A stretch of 64,000 nucleotides of DNA from Mobula hypostoma (Eukaryota), in the NCBI RefSeq assembly GCF_963921235.1, contig NC_086107.1, forward strand, positions 106,518,001-106,582,000, in the 5' to 3' direction. The notes under the pieces were generated by a model. The model saw only the letters and a program-made list of their open reading frames with translations, was not told where the DNA came from and ran no database searches. Shown piece after piece: positions 22,892 to 34,352 of this stretch (its first letter is position 1; every line of letters begins with the position of its first letter). Both the position numbers and the translations under genes were made by a program.

Positions 22892-25800
22892 CTGGTTGAG
22901 AGAATCGATTGGAAAAGTTCACTGAAACTAAGCAATGAGTAGAGTTAAAGGAAGTTATGTCTGAATAATCTGCTGGATTTCTCGGAGAATGTGATTAGGA
23001 GCATAGAGAATGGAGAACTATCAGATGTTATGTATTTAGATGGATTGACAACATTGCCTGTTTATTTATTTCTTTATTTATCGATACAGCAAGATAGCAG
23101 GCCCTTCATGCCCCTTGAGGCTGCATTTTCCAATTACACCCATGTGACCAATTAACCTACTAACCCGCATGTCTTTGGAATGTAGGAGGAAACCGGACAC
23201 CTGGAGGAAGCCCACGTGGTCCTGGGTAGAATGCACAAATGGTAGCAGAATTGAACTGGGTTCACCGGCGCAGTAATAGTGTTACGCTAAGCTACTATGC
23301 CACAGGCACAAAATGCTGGAGGAACTCAGCAGGTCAGGCAGCATAATTGGAAATAAGTAAACAGTCAACGTTTCAGGCCGAGACCCTTCTTTGGGACAGG
23401 ATTTGGCCTGAAACATTGACTGTTTACTCTTACATAGATATTGCCTGGCCTGCTGAGTTCATCCGGCATTTTGTGTGTGTTGCTTTGGATTTTCTCTTGT
23501 TTATGATGCTACAGTGCCACCCCAAATTATGGATTATGGAAGCCATCAGATAATGTCCCAAAGCACAGGTTGTTCAGCAATGTTTTCAAGGACATAGAAT
23601 TAGAGCTATTATAAGGATATGGATTGAGAATTAGTTATTGGACAGAAAGCATTCCTTTTAGGCAGCCATACTTCCCATATGCCTTGGTCATATTTATTAT
23701 GCATAAGTGAAAACCTTTAAAGAGAAGAATTCTAGGTACCAAGCAGCATAAGACATCATTAATAACAACATCAGACAAGTAAAAGTAATGGGTTAAAGCA
23801 TTACTGTCCTGGGCGCTGGTGAAAATTGTGGTTTATGACATCATCGTGCATCCGATTCTGCTTTTAAGATACATTTTATGTACTCGACAGTTATTGGTTC
23901 AATTAGCATGTTAAGTTATAGAAGGTGAATGATGCTTCGGTGAAGGATTTGTTGTGTATATTTCAACAGCTCGCAATTTTTGACAGACACCTCTCCATTG
24001 CTCCATCTGAATTTAGTTGTAAAGCATATTTTTTTCTCATTATACCATTATCCTGGGCCTGAAGCTATATTTTTGTTGCTAACTTTCACCTGACTCTTGG
24101 GTCCCTAAATCCTTCCATCTGAAGGGATTTTCTCTCCACATGCCTAGGCCAGCTGGATTCACGGATGGTTACTGATTATTTGGGCGACATCTATTATGAA
24201 CAGCTTCCAGACAGTTGCAGGGTTTCTAAGACATAGGAGCAGAAACGGGTTATTCGGCCCAACAAGTCTGCTCCGCCATCTGATCATAGCAGATTTATCA
24301 GAACCAGAATCAGGTTTAATATCACCAGTATTTGTTGTGATATTTGTTAACTTTGAGTGGGAGTACAATGTAGTGCAAAAACAGAAATAAAAAAGTAGTG
24401 AGGTAGAGTTCATGGTTTCAATGTCTAATCAGAAATCAGATAGCAGAAGGGAAGAAGCTGTTCCAGAATCGCTGAGTATGTGCCTTCAGGTTTCTGCACC
24501 TCCTTCCTAATAGGCACAATGAGAAAATGGCAAGTCCTGGCTGGTGGGCATCCTTAATGATGGATGCCACCTTTTTGCGGCACTGCTCCTTGAAGATGTC
24601 TTGTATAGTACATATATTATCCCTCTTAACCCCATTCTCCCCGTAACCTTTGATGCCCTTATATCAACCTCCATATTAAATATACCCATACCTTGGCCTC
24701 CACAGCCATCTGTAACAATGAACTCTACCCTAAATGATGCATAACAAATATCACGGAACTTAAACAAAACTCTTCCTTTCTTTGCTTCCACATGGTTAAT
24801 ATTCATATTCACTAATGTCAAATAATATTAGAATGACTCTATTTTACTCTTACAAACACTAACTCAAAGCTGCTACAGTCTGTGCAATATTAACCAGCCT
24901 CTTCTTATACCTGTGGTCAAAGGGTTTGTTTCCCACCACTGACATCTGAGCCACAATTCGGATGAGTTTTACTAAGTCTCAAACCACCAAAAGGCTGACT
25001 GCATTTGTGGCATTTAAAGGTTACATACTGGAGTCTTTTAATAGCAGACAGCTGGAGGGTTCAGTCCACTTATTTTGACATTTTTAAAAAAATTATTTGG
25101 CACAAAAAGAGTCTTTGATAGTGTAAATGTAACTTTTTAATGAGCTTTTTAAAATTTGGGTCAAAAGTTCTGAACTGCAACAGCTTTATCTATCAAAAGC
25201 TATCCATGTCAAGGGACGGTAGTGTAGTGGTTAGCACAAGGCTTTACAGTACAGGCGACCTGGGTTCAATTCTTGCTGTTGCCTGTAAGGAGGTTGTATG
25301 TTCTCCCCCATGATTGCGTGTGTTTCCTACGGGTGCTCCGGTTTCCTCCCACAGTCCAAAGTCCTACTGGCTGGCAAGTTAATTGGTCATTGTAAATTGT
25401 CCTGTGATTTGGCTTGGATTAAATTGGGGGACTGCCGGGCACTGTGCCTCGAAGGGCCGATTCTGTGCTGTATCTCCATAAATAACCCATCACAGAACAG
25501 TAATCAGTAAGCTTGAGAAGACATCTTCATCTGAGAGTTTTAACTAAATTCTGAGGCCTCTGTCATTCAGGATTGATCACAAGTGTTGCATCCCAGCTGT
25601 CTAGATACACAAGCCAGGGGCAGTACAATATGGAGAACAAGCTGTTTCTCATGTAACAAGCTGCCCTGCTCCACGCATCTAATGAACCCGAAGGAATGGC
25701 AGAGACCGATACACTTTGGCACCAGAAGCGTCACAGGATTTGCCAGTCAGCGTTGAACTCAACGTAGGACCGCCAGACTAAATTTTATCAGACATATATT

Positions 25801-26207
25801 AGGCAATATTGAATTCCATTGTCTGCTTAAACCCACCTGCCTCGCAACTTTGCGTACTGTGAGCAAAGGGAGCCTCTGCAGGGAATATTATAACCAAAGT
25901 GATATCGCCCCTGTTATACATTCTGAAGTTCTGGCCCAACGAGCCTGTGCTGCCCAATTACACCCAAGTGACCAATTAACCTACTGATCCGTACGTGGGA
26001 GGAAACTGGGGCACCCGGAGGAGGCACGTACAAACTTCTCACAGGCAGCACCAGGAATAAAACCCAGGTCACTGGCCCTATAAAGCATTACACTACCATG
26101 CTGCCCATGGTTTGCTGAAAGGCTTACTAGTTCCTGCAAGGCACTCTCCCACCCATCAAAATCCGTGTGTATTACTTCAACGAAATCACAATTAGATATT
26201 TTATTAC

Positions 26208-26565
26208 CCTGATCCCTTCCATCTCGATCAATGTACTGAAAGTCCTTCAGCGTCTGAATGGCAAAGATGTTTTCCTTGCACTGCTGCGCTACCCGTTCGG
26301 AGCCAGTCTTGATCAGGTAGTCCATCAGCATCAAGGCCTTGTACACGTGACGCCAATTCTTGCCGTGGTCATTGAGGCGCTTCCAGATCATGCTCATAAT
26401 CTCCGTGAAAGCCACCACGTTGTAGGTTAGGTCTGAGATTTCCGCCATCAGCGAGCTCGAGGGTCCCCATGGGTCATTTGATGTAGCCTCCCGTACCTTT
26501 ATCTCTGCTTCAGAATAATTGTTTACAATGTTTTTCATCTGTCTTCGGAGAGATGAGGACGTCAT
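26208..26565 (-). CDS. EPN2: Epsin (EPN2-like) first coding exon, most of the ENTH domain. The whole exon probably spans 26208-26741 including 5'UTR. Orthology (EPN2 vs ENTHD1 locus) is uncertain.
   Basis: Translation MTSSSLRRQMKNIVNNYSEAEIKVREATSNDPWGP...HGKNWRHVYKAL...DFQYIDRDGRDQ is a canonical epsin ENTH. Donor G|GTAAT at 26207 (358 coding nt, phase 1). Upstream acceptor tcttgttttcttgttccag| ends at 26742. Confidence 0.95.
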
Positions 26566-27547
26566 GGTTGACTGCTTTGTTTTCCTTCTGCAGGGCTCCT
26601 CTTAGAAGTCAAGTACTTACAATTTCTGCACAGGAATGTGATCCCTTTTTCAGCCTGACTGAAGCTCCATGCTTCCCGAACAGGCGCTTACTTATCAAAC
26701 TTGTTCCACTGACAGTTCCACCTCTGTCACATATCCAACACCTGGAACAAGAAAACAAGAGATTGAGTCAACATCATACTTCTGTGAATGTTCCTGGGGT
26801 TACTTGAGTTACCGTCACCTTCCTGTCAGCTTGAACCAGTCTGGCCATTCTCCTCTGACATCTCTCATTAACAGAAATGGCACTTACTAAATGTTTCTGT
26901 TTCCACACCATTCTCTGTAAACTCCAGAGCAGGGGTTCCCCACACCCTTTTAATGCCATGAACCCCAGGTTGGGAACCTCTGCCTGTTGTGTGTGACAAT
27001 CCCAGGAGATCAGCAGTTTCTGAGATTTTCAAACCACCCTGTCTGGCACCAACGGTCATTCCAGGGTCAAAGCAACTGAGATCACATTTTGTCCCCCATT
27101 CTGATGTTTGGTCTGAACAACTGAACCTCTTGATCGCATCTGCATGCTCTTATGCACTGAGTTGCCATAGTGGCTGTGGACGCCGAGTCTTTATGTATAT
27201 TTAAGGCAGGGGTTGATTCTTGATTGGTCAGGGCATGAAGGGTTACGGGGAGAAGGCAGGAGGTTGGGGCTGAGAGGCAAAAATGGATCCGCAATGATGG
27301 AATGGCGGAGCAGACTCTATGGGCATAATTCTGCTCCAATATCTTATGGTTTTATGGAGTTGCTGCCACATGATTGGCTAGTAAGATAATTGTATTAACG
27401 AGCAGGTGTACAGATTTACCTAATAAAGTGGCCACTGAATGTAGTTTGGAAAGCAATTCACTGTCTTTATCTAGAGTAGCACAATCCTCTATTCTGCAGA
27501 AAGACAGTGAATTGGGAATAGTCTATTTTATTGAAACTACGAGACCT

Positions 27548-27790
27548 GGCTGGTGGCGTAGTGGCATCAGTGCTGGACTTCGGGACGAAAGGTCCTGAGT
27601 TCGAATCCAGCCGGCTCCCTTGCACGCTTTCCATCCGTGCTGGTGATCTCTTTGGAAACTCACCCTGCAGAAGGCAATGGCAAACCACTGCTGTAACTTG
27701 CCTCATATGCAGTTCCCCACTACGTCAAAGAGGCATGAAGGGAAATGGAGGCGAACCGGAGAAACTCCGAATGCGATGTACCTTTCCTAT
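27548..27790 (+). mobile_element. tRNA-derived SINE with RTE-like tail; a related head occurs at about 60288-60660
   Basis: A box TGGCGTAGTGG, B box GTTCGAATCC, then GAAGGCAATGGCAAACCACT. Confidence 0.75.
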
Positions 27791-29140
27791 CGAAACCACA
27801 ATAAATTTGATACGACTAAGTTCTAAAAGGTCAGGGGGCTTTCCAAATATAACACGCTCAAATTAACATTTAATTATCAATTTTTATTGAAGGCCTGGTG
27901 AAGTTATTCCACTCACAGTTGGCTTAAGTACGCACTTTCACTTTTTAAACCAATTGCAAAGTACGATGACAATGGATTAAAATATAAATCACAATTCCTG
28001 CTATTTATACCAAACACATTCTTGTCTTGTGCTTCCATCTAACAAAGAATTTCAGAAAAGCTACACTGACAGTGCCAAAGACCCTTCCCACCCTTCCTGC
28101 AATCTCTCTGACCTCCTGCCATCAGGCAGAAGGTACTACAGCATAAGAACTGGTACTGTCAGGCTGGGTAGCAGCTTCCTGCAGACTGTTCGGCTTCTCA
28201 CCACCCTGCTGCCATCCAGCACACATGTACACCCTGTCTGAATGCCCTGCCCACCCCCTCTCCCCCAACTCACCCTGCACTGGTCACTCATCTTTTATTG
28301 CTGCTGTTTCACAGATTTATACAACTGCTTTCTTTATTAGAATAGTGCCAGTAACATTATACTGATTTTATCGTCTTACAGAAGCAAGCACTTCACGAGA
28401 ATCTGCCAATCTTCAGCCCATGTCACTCAGGGATAGAACTGCATTTTCTTGCCTTGAAGTGCACGATGACCTATATTCTATCTCATGTGTTGCAACATTC
28501 CAGATAACATCTGCTTTACCACAGGCACCACCACAGGACATTATTTTTAGTTGCCAAGACAGGCGCATATCTGTTACCATACTTGAAAAATAATATTTGC
28601 AGCATTAGGGAGAAAATACAAGGGTGTGGGATGAATTCAAAAGCTCCATTAGAGAAATGGCTCAGGCAAATTTGCCTTATGCTAAGCGACTTAGTTCTGG
28701 GCTGTGGCATTTTGTAAATACCGATACAAATTGAAGTTAAGTTGGAGTTTAAGATTCACTAGGCATTATTCTGTAATCAGCAATTACAATTACCTAGTTC
28801 AGCAGCAAGGAATAGAATTCCAACCAGCTAACATTAGAGCAGGATTTCCATCATTTCCACCAAGCCAAAATGTTCAGTTACAACAGATGGAATGTTGGCG
28901 CCAAGATGGTGGACATATGGTGAGCCTTATTGCCAAGTTCAGTCAATAGATGAGTTAAAAGGAAGGAGATTCACTTTGCAAAGCTTCAACGTTAAATGAT
29001 TTTTTCGAAAAAGTAAATGATTTTTGAAAGCAAATACCAATCTAATTTTGCACTGATGAATATTTCAGTCAGACTCTGTATAATAGCAACTGACATGCAG
29101 ACTGATAGCTTCAGTTCCTTTACCAAGTCATAGGGTTGTA

Positions 29141-29700
29141 CACTGAGTGGCCACTTCATTAGATACAGGCGTATACCTAATAAAGTGGCCGCAGCTGTGC
29201 TCTTCTGCTGCTGGAGCCCACCCACTTCAAGGTTCGACATATTGTGCGTTCAGAGATGCTTTTCTGCACGCCACTGTTGTAACGTGTAGTTATCTGATTT
29301 ACTGCCTCCTTCCAGTCAGCTTGAACCTGTCTGGCCATTCTCCTCTGGCCTCTCCCATTAACAAGGCGTTTTCACCCTCAGACGTCTTACTCACTGGATG
29401 TTTTTTTGTTTCTTGCACCATTCTCTGTAAACTCTAGAGACTGCTGTGTGTGAAAATCCCAGGAGATTAGCAGTTTCTGAGATAGTCAAACCAGCCGCTC
29501 TGGCACCAACAATCATTCTACAGTCAAAATCACTTAGATCACATTTCTTCCCCATTCTGATATCTGGTCTGAACAACAACTGAACCTCTTGACCATGTCT
29601 GCAGGCTTTTATGCAATTGAGATGCTGCCATGTGATTGGCTGATTAAATATTTGCATTAACGAGGTGTACGGGTATACCTGTTAAAGTGGACACTGAGAG
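29141..29700 (-). mobile_element. Non-autonomous Tc1-like transposon; a second, interrupted copy at about 26790-27443
   Basis: TA|CACTGAGTGGCCACTT left end with a degenerate matching right end; transposase HTH remnant MGKKCDLSDFDCRMIVGARAAGLTISETANLLGFSHTAVSRVYREW. Confidence 0.85.
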
Positions 29701-32700
29701 ATAATGTAAAATTATTACACAGTGGGGTAAGAATTCTGCTTTACTGTGTATACACCATAAGGTAGAATTATCGCTCCACTGCAGAGGTGAGCTTTTGTGC
29801 TGATTCCACAGGATTATACAGATCCTCTAGAAGCAGAGCTAAGCAAAGGGGAACCATGAGGAAAGAAAGAGGCAATGTTCGTCTAATGCAAAGAAAATTA
29901 GGTATCAAGAAATGTGGGCATCAATGTGGTTCCACCTGAGGCAAAGTTCCTTATCTTAACCAGATATTTGTTTGACAAGATGCATAGAAGCCAGAAAATA
30001 ACTTGCAAGCTGCAACATTAGCAGAAGATTCTGAATTAAAACCATAAAACTCAATTTCTCCTGGCCCACGGCCCTAATTAACTACACAAAAGAGGTTAGG
30101 TTGTCCAAATTTCTGATCAAACAATTCAGTTAATAACAGTGCCATAAATCTAGAGGAGAAAACTAGGTTTACCGAAGCACTGAGTCAGATTGCTGGCAGC
30201 TATCCAACATGCTCTGCTGAGAAATACTTTTCAGAATCAGAATCAGGTTTAATATCACCAGCATTTGTTGTGAAATTTGTTAACTTTGTGGCAGCAATAC
30301 AATGCAATACATGGTAAATATGGAAAAAAACTGAATTTCAGTAAATACATATATACTGTATATAATAGTTAAATAAGTAGTGCAAAAAACAGGAAATAAC
30401 AAAAAAAATGTAGTGAGGTAGAGTTCATGGGTTGAATGTTCATTCAGAAAACAGATGGCGGGGGGGAAGAAGCTGTTCCTGAATCCTCGAGTGTGTGCCT
30501 TCTGTACCTCCTCCCTGATGGTAGCAATGAGAAGGGGGCATGTCCTGGGTGGTGGGGGTCCTTAGTGACGGACGCCGCTTTTCTGAGGCACTGCTCCTTG
30601 AAGATGTCCTGAATGCTATGGAGGCTGGTGCCCATGATGGAGCCGACTGAATTTACAACCTTCTGCAGCTTATTTTGATCCTAGGCAGTGCTCCCCTGCC
30701 CCAAATACCAGACGCTGATGCAGCCAGTTAGAATGCTCTCCATGGTACACCTGTTGATATATGCGAACGTCTTTGGTTACATACCAAATCTCCTCAATCT
30801 CCTAATGAAGTATAGCCGTTGTCCTGCCTTCTTTGTAGCTGCATCGATATGTTAGGTCCAGGATAGATCCTCAGAGATATTGACACCCAGGGACTTGAAG
30901 TTACTCACTCTTGCCACTTCTGATCCCTCTATGAGCGCTGGAGTGTGTTTCCTCGCCTTACCCTTTCTGAGCCTCAGCTGTGGCAGCGTGTTTGTGCCCC
31001 ATGAGCAAGGCACTTAACCACACATTGCTCTAGTGTCTGTGCGAGGAATGGCGCCCCACACAGACTTCCAATCTGCGCCTTGTAAGGCATGAAAATGCCC
31101 AACGCGGACCTCTCATGGTCTGAGTCGACATTCCCTCCCTCCCCCACCCTTTCTGAAGTCCACAATCAGTTCTCTGGTCTTACTGACATTGAGTGCAAGG
31201 TTGTGTAAATTGATTTATTTAGAGAAACAGCGCAGAATAGGCTATTCTGGCCCTTTGAGCCGCATCACCCAGCAATACCCAACAACCCCCGATTTAACCT
31301 TAATCTAATCACGGGACAATTTACAATGACCAATTAATTGGTACATGTTTGGATTGTGAGAGGAAACTGCAGCACCTGGAGAAAACCCACACATTCCACA
31401 GGGAGGACATATGGATGACATAAGAATTGAACTCCGACACCTGAGCTGTAATAGTGTCACGGTAACCACTACGCTATGGGTAAGGTTCTGTAACTGAATG
31501 TCAATCAGTATTATTCAGAGTGCCTTTCACCAGAGAAACAATCATCAGTATTTTCAGATAAACTGTGGAATTAGCAACAAAAGAAACAATGGATGCTAGT
31601 CACAATGAAATAAATCTGTAATAATTTCTGATATAAATAAACCTCTGTTTACCACAGCAAATATGCAAGAAATAGACTTCATACGAGGGAACTCACACTA
31701 GTCCTCACAGAGGGATCAGAAGTGGAAAGAGTGAGTAATTTCAAGTTCTTGGGTGTTGATAACTCTGTCGATACGTTGGGCGCAGGGTAGATCCTCAGAG
31801 TTACGAAGCATGCATGACAGTGGCTATATTTCGTTGGAAGTTTGGGGAGATTTAGTATGTCACCAAAGACACTCGCACATTTCTACAGAAGTACCATGGA
31901 TAGCATTCTAACTGGCTGCATCACCATCTGGTATGGAGGGGTCTACTGCACAGGATTGAAATAACCTGCAGAGAGTTGTAAACTTAGTCAGTTCCCGAAT
32001 GGGCACTAGCCTCCATAATATCCAGGACATCTTCAAGGAGCGATGCCTCGGAAAGGCAGCGTCCATCATTAAAGACCCCCAATCACCCAGGTCATACCTT
32101 GTTCTCACTGCTACCATCAGGGAGGAGGAACAGCAGCCTAAAGTGATTCAGAAACAGCTTCTTCCCCTCTGCCATCCAATTTCTGAATAGATATTGAACC
32201 CATGAACACAACCTCACTACTTTTTCATTTCTATTTTTGCACCACTTATTTATTTTTAATATATATATAATATATAATTATATTTACTGTAATTCAGAAT
32301 CAGATTTAACATCCCCAGCATATGTCATGAAATTTGTTAACTTTGTGGCAGCAGTACAATGCAATACATGATAAATATAGAAAAAAACTAATTACAATAA
32401 GTATATAATGTATATTAGTTAAATTAAAATAAGCGGTGCAAAAACAGAAATTTAACAAAAAAGTATTGAGGTAGTGTTTATGGGTTCAATGTTCATTCAG
32501 AAATCAGATGTCAGAGGGGAAGAAACTGTTCCTGAGTCGCTGAGTGCGTGCTTTCAGTCTCCTGTACCTTCTTCCTGATGGTAGCAATGAAAAGAGGGCA
32601 GATCCTGGGTGATAGGGGTTGTTAATGAAGGATGCCGCCTTCTCGAGGCATCGCTCTTCGAAGATGTCCTAGATGCTGGGGAGGCTAGTGCCCATGATGG

Positions 32701-32879
32701 AGATGACTGAGTTGACAATTTTCTGCAGCTTATTTCCATCCTGTGTGGTAGCCCCCCCCCCATCATACCAGTTTTGTTTTGTATTATTCAAAACGATCAC
32801 ATTTTGTTTTCTATTATTATGTATTGCATTGTACTGCCGCCAAATACAATAAATTTCCCGACAAATGTCGGTGATGTTA

Positions 32880-33342
32880 AACCTTATATTCCCTCTGGGT
32901 AGCCTCCAACCTGATAGCATGAACATTGACTTCTCTAGCTTCCGCTAATGCCCCACCTCCTCCTCGTACCCCATCTGTTATTTATATACACACATTCTTT
33001 CTCTCTCTCTCCTTTTTCTCCCTCTGTCCCTCTGACTATACCCCCTTGCCCATCCTCTGGGTTTTCCCCCCTCCCCCTTTTCCTTCTCCCTGGGTCTCCT
33101 GTCCCATGATCCTCTCATATCCCTTTTGCCAATCACCTGTCCAGCTCTTGGCTCCATCCCGCCCCCTCCTGTCTTCTCCTATCATTTTGGATCTCCCCCT
33201 CCCCCTCCCACTTTCAAATCTCTTACTAGCTCTTTCTTCAGTTAGTCCTGATGAAGGGTCTCAGCCCGAAACATCGACTGTACCTCTTCCTAGAGATGCT
33301 GCCTGGCCTGCTGCGTTCACCAGCAACTTTGATGTGTGTTGG
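32880..33342 (+). mobile_element. Penelope-like 3' fragment carrying a hammerhead motif
   Basis: LGSLQPDSMNI-type ending, pyrimidine-rich UTR, then agtcCTGATGAagggtctcagcccGAAAcatcgact and gatgctgcctggcctgctg. Confidence 0.8.
33243..33280 (+). ncRNA. Minimal type I hammerhead ribozyme motif (Penelope-associated), best-preserved copy
   Basis: Stem I UAGUC/GACUG, core CUGAUGA (33248-33254), stem II GGG/CCC, GAAA (33268-33271), then CAUC with predicted cleavage after 33275. Other copies have CGUC here. Stem III has no loop. Confidence 0.65.
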
Positions 33343-33837
33343 ATGTTAAACCTGATTCTGATTCAATAATTGTTCTGCAATCAACCAACTCCACCAAATG
33401 GATAACTCATCTGACCATCTACCTTTTGTTTCTGGACATTACCAATATAGAATTACCTGCAGTTTCCCTGCATTGAGCCACAGTAGTCCAACCATTAATT
33501 TACTGGTGATAGTTAATCCAACACCAAGCAGTATAGAGGTAACCTGTTCATTCCTTTTACTCATCACTATCAAGTAATGAAACCCACAGCTTTGCTCACC
33601 TGAACTCAATCACACACTCACTGATTGTTTGAATTCCTATGATGCTTCCAAACCTTCACCAAGTGCCACACGGGATCTGAATGTATCGCTGGCACATTTC
33701 CCCTCACTGGGTAACCAAGTCCGCCAGCTTTGGCTGAAGTGGCAAAGACAACAAAGTGGCCTGCTATGCAACAGCAGATCTTGGGACAACAGTAGAGCAG
33801 CCTTTTGCACAAGGGTGCAGGAGTGTGCCGGCCCTCA

Positions 33838-34352
33838 AGGCTGATTTATACTTGTGCATCAAATGGACACCGTAGGTACGGTGTAGCCGCGAACCCTATG
33901 CAGAGCCTACATGGATCCCTACGCCGTAGCCTGATGCGCACCTCTCCCAAAATGTAACTATGTGTTGCGGCAACGCAGACCGCAACAACTGTGATTGGTC
34001 CGCCTGGTAGCATCGCATTTCATCCTACGCTGCAATAGCTTCCCATTGGGTGACTGAAGGGCAGGGAAGGAACTCTGGCTGCAATGCTTTCCATAAAGCT
34101 TTACAGACCTCCAAAATTACGGAGGGCACATTTCGTTTTTACGAAAAAAGACGCTCGCTTTAGACTTGTTTACCCCGAGAAAGACTACCATGACCACAAA
34201 GCCTTGCACGGGCAGGTGTGTGCGCATGCGCGATGTGCCCGAATTGCAGAGCGACGCAGACACACCAACACACAAGTATAAATGCTCACAACGTGCGTCG
34301 GTCACTTGCGTAGGTTACGGCATCGATTTAACGCAGAAGTATATATCAGCCT
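33838..34352. mobile_element. PIF/Harbinger-like MITE (515 bp), CpG-rich
   Basis: TIRs AGGCTGATTTATACTT / AAGTATATATCAGCCT; 3-bp TSD TCA at 33835-33837 and 34353-34355. Confidence 0.8.

Noticed and set aside
25981..26207. C-terminal tail of the 194-aa epsin ORF
   Set aside because: Intron read-through into a SINE; homology continues at 22891 after the GT donor.
27548..27620. tRNA gene
   Set aside because: A and B boxes run on into a SINE body, with no clean acceptor stem or terminator.
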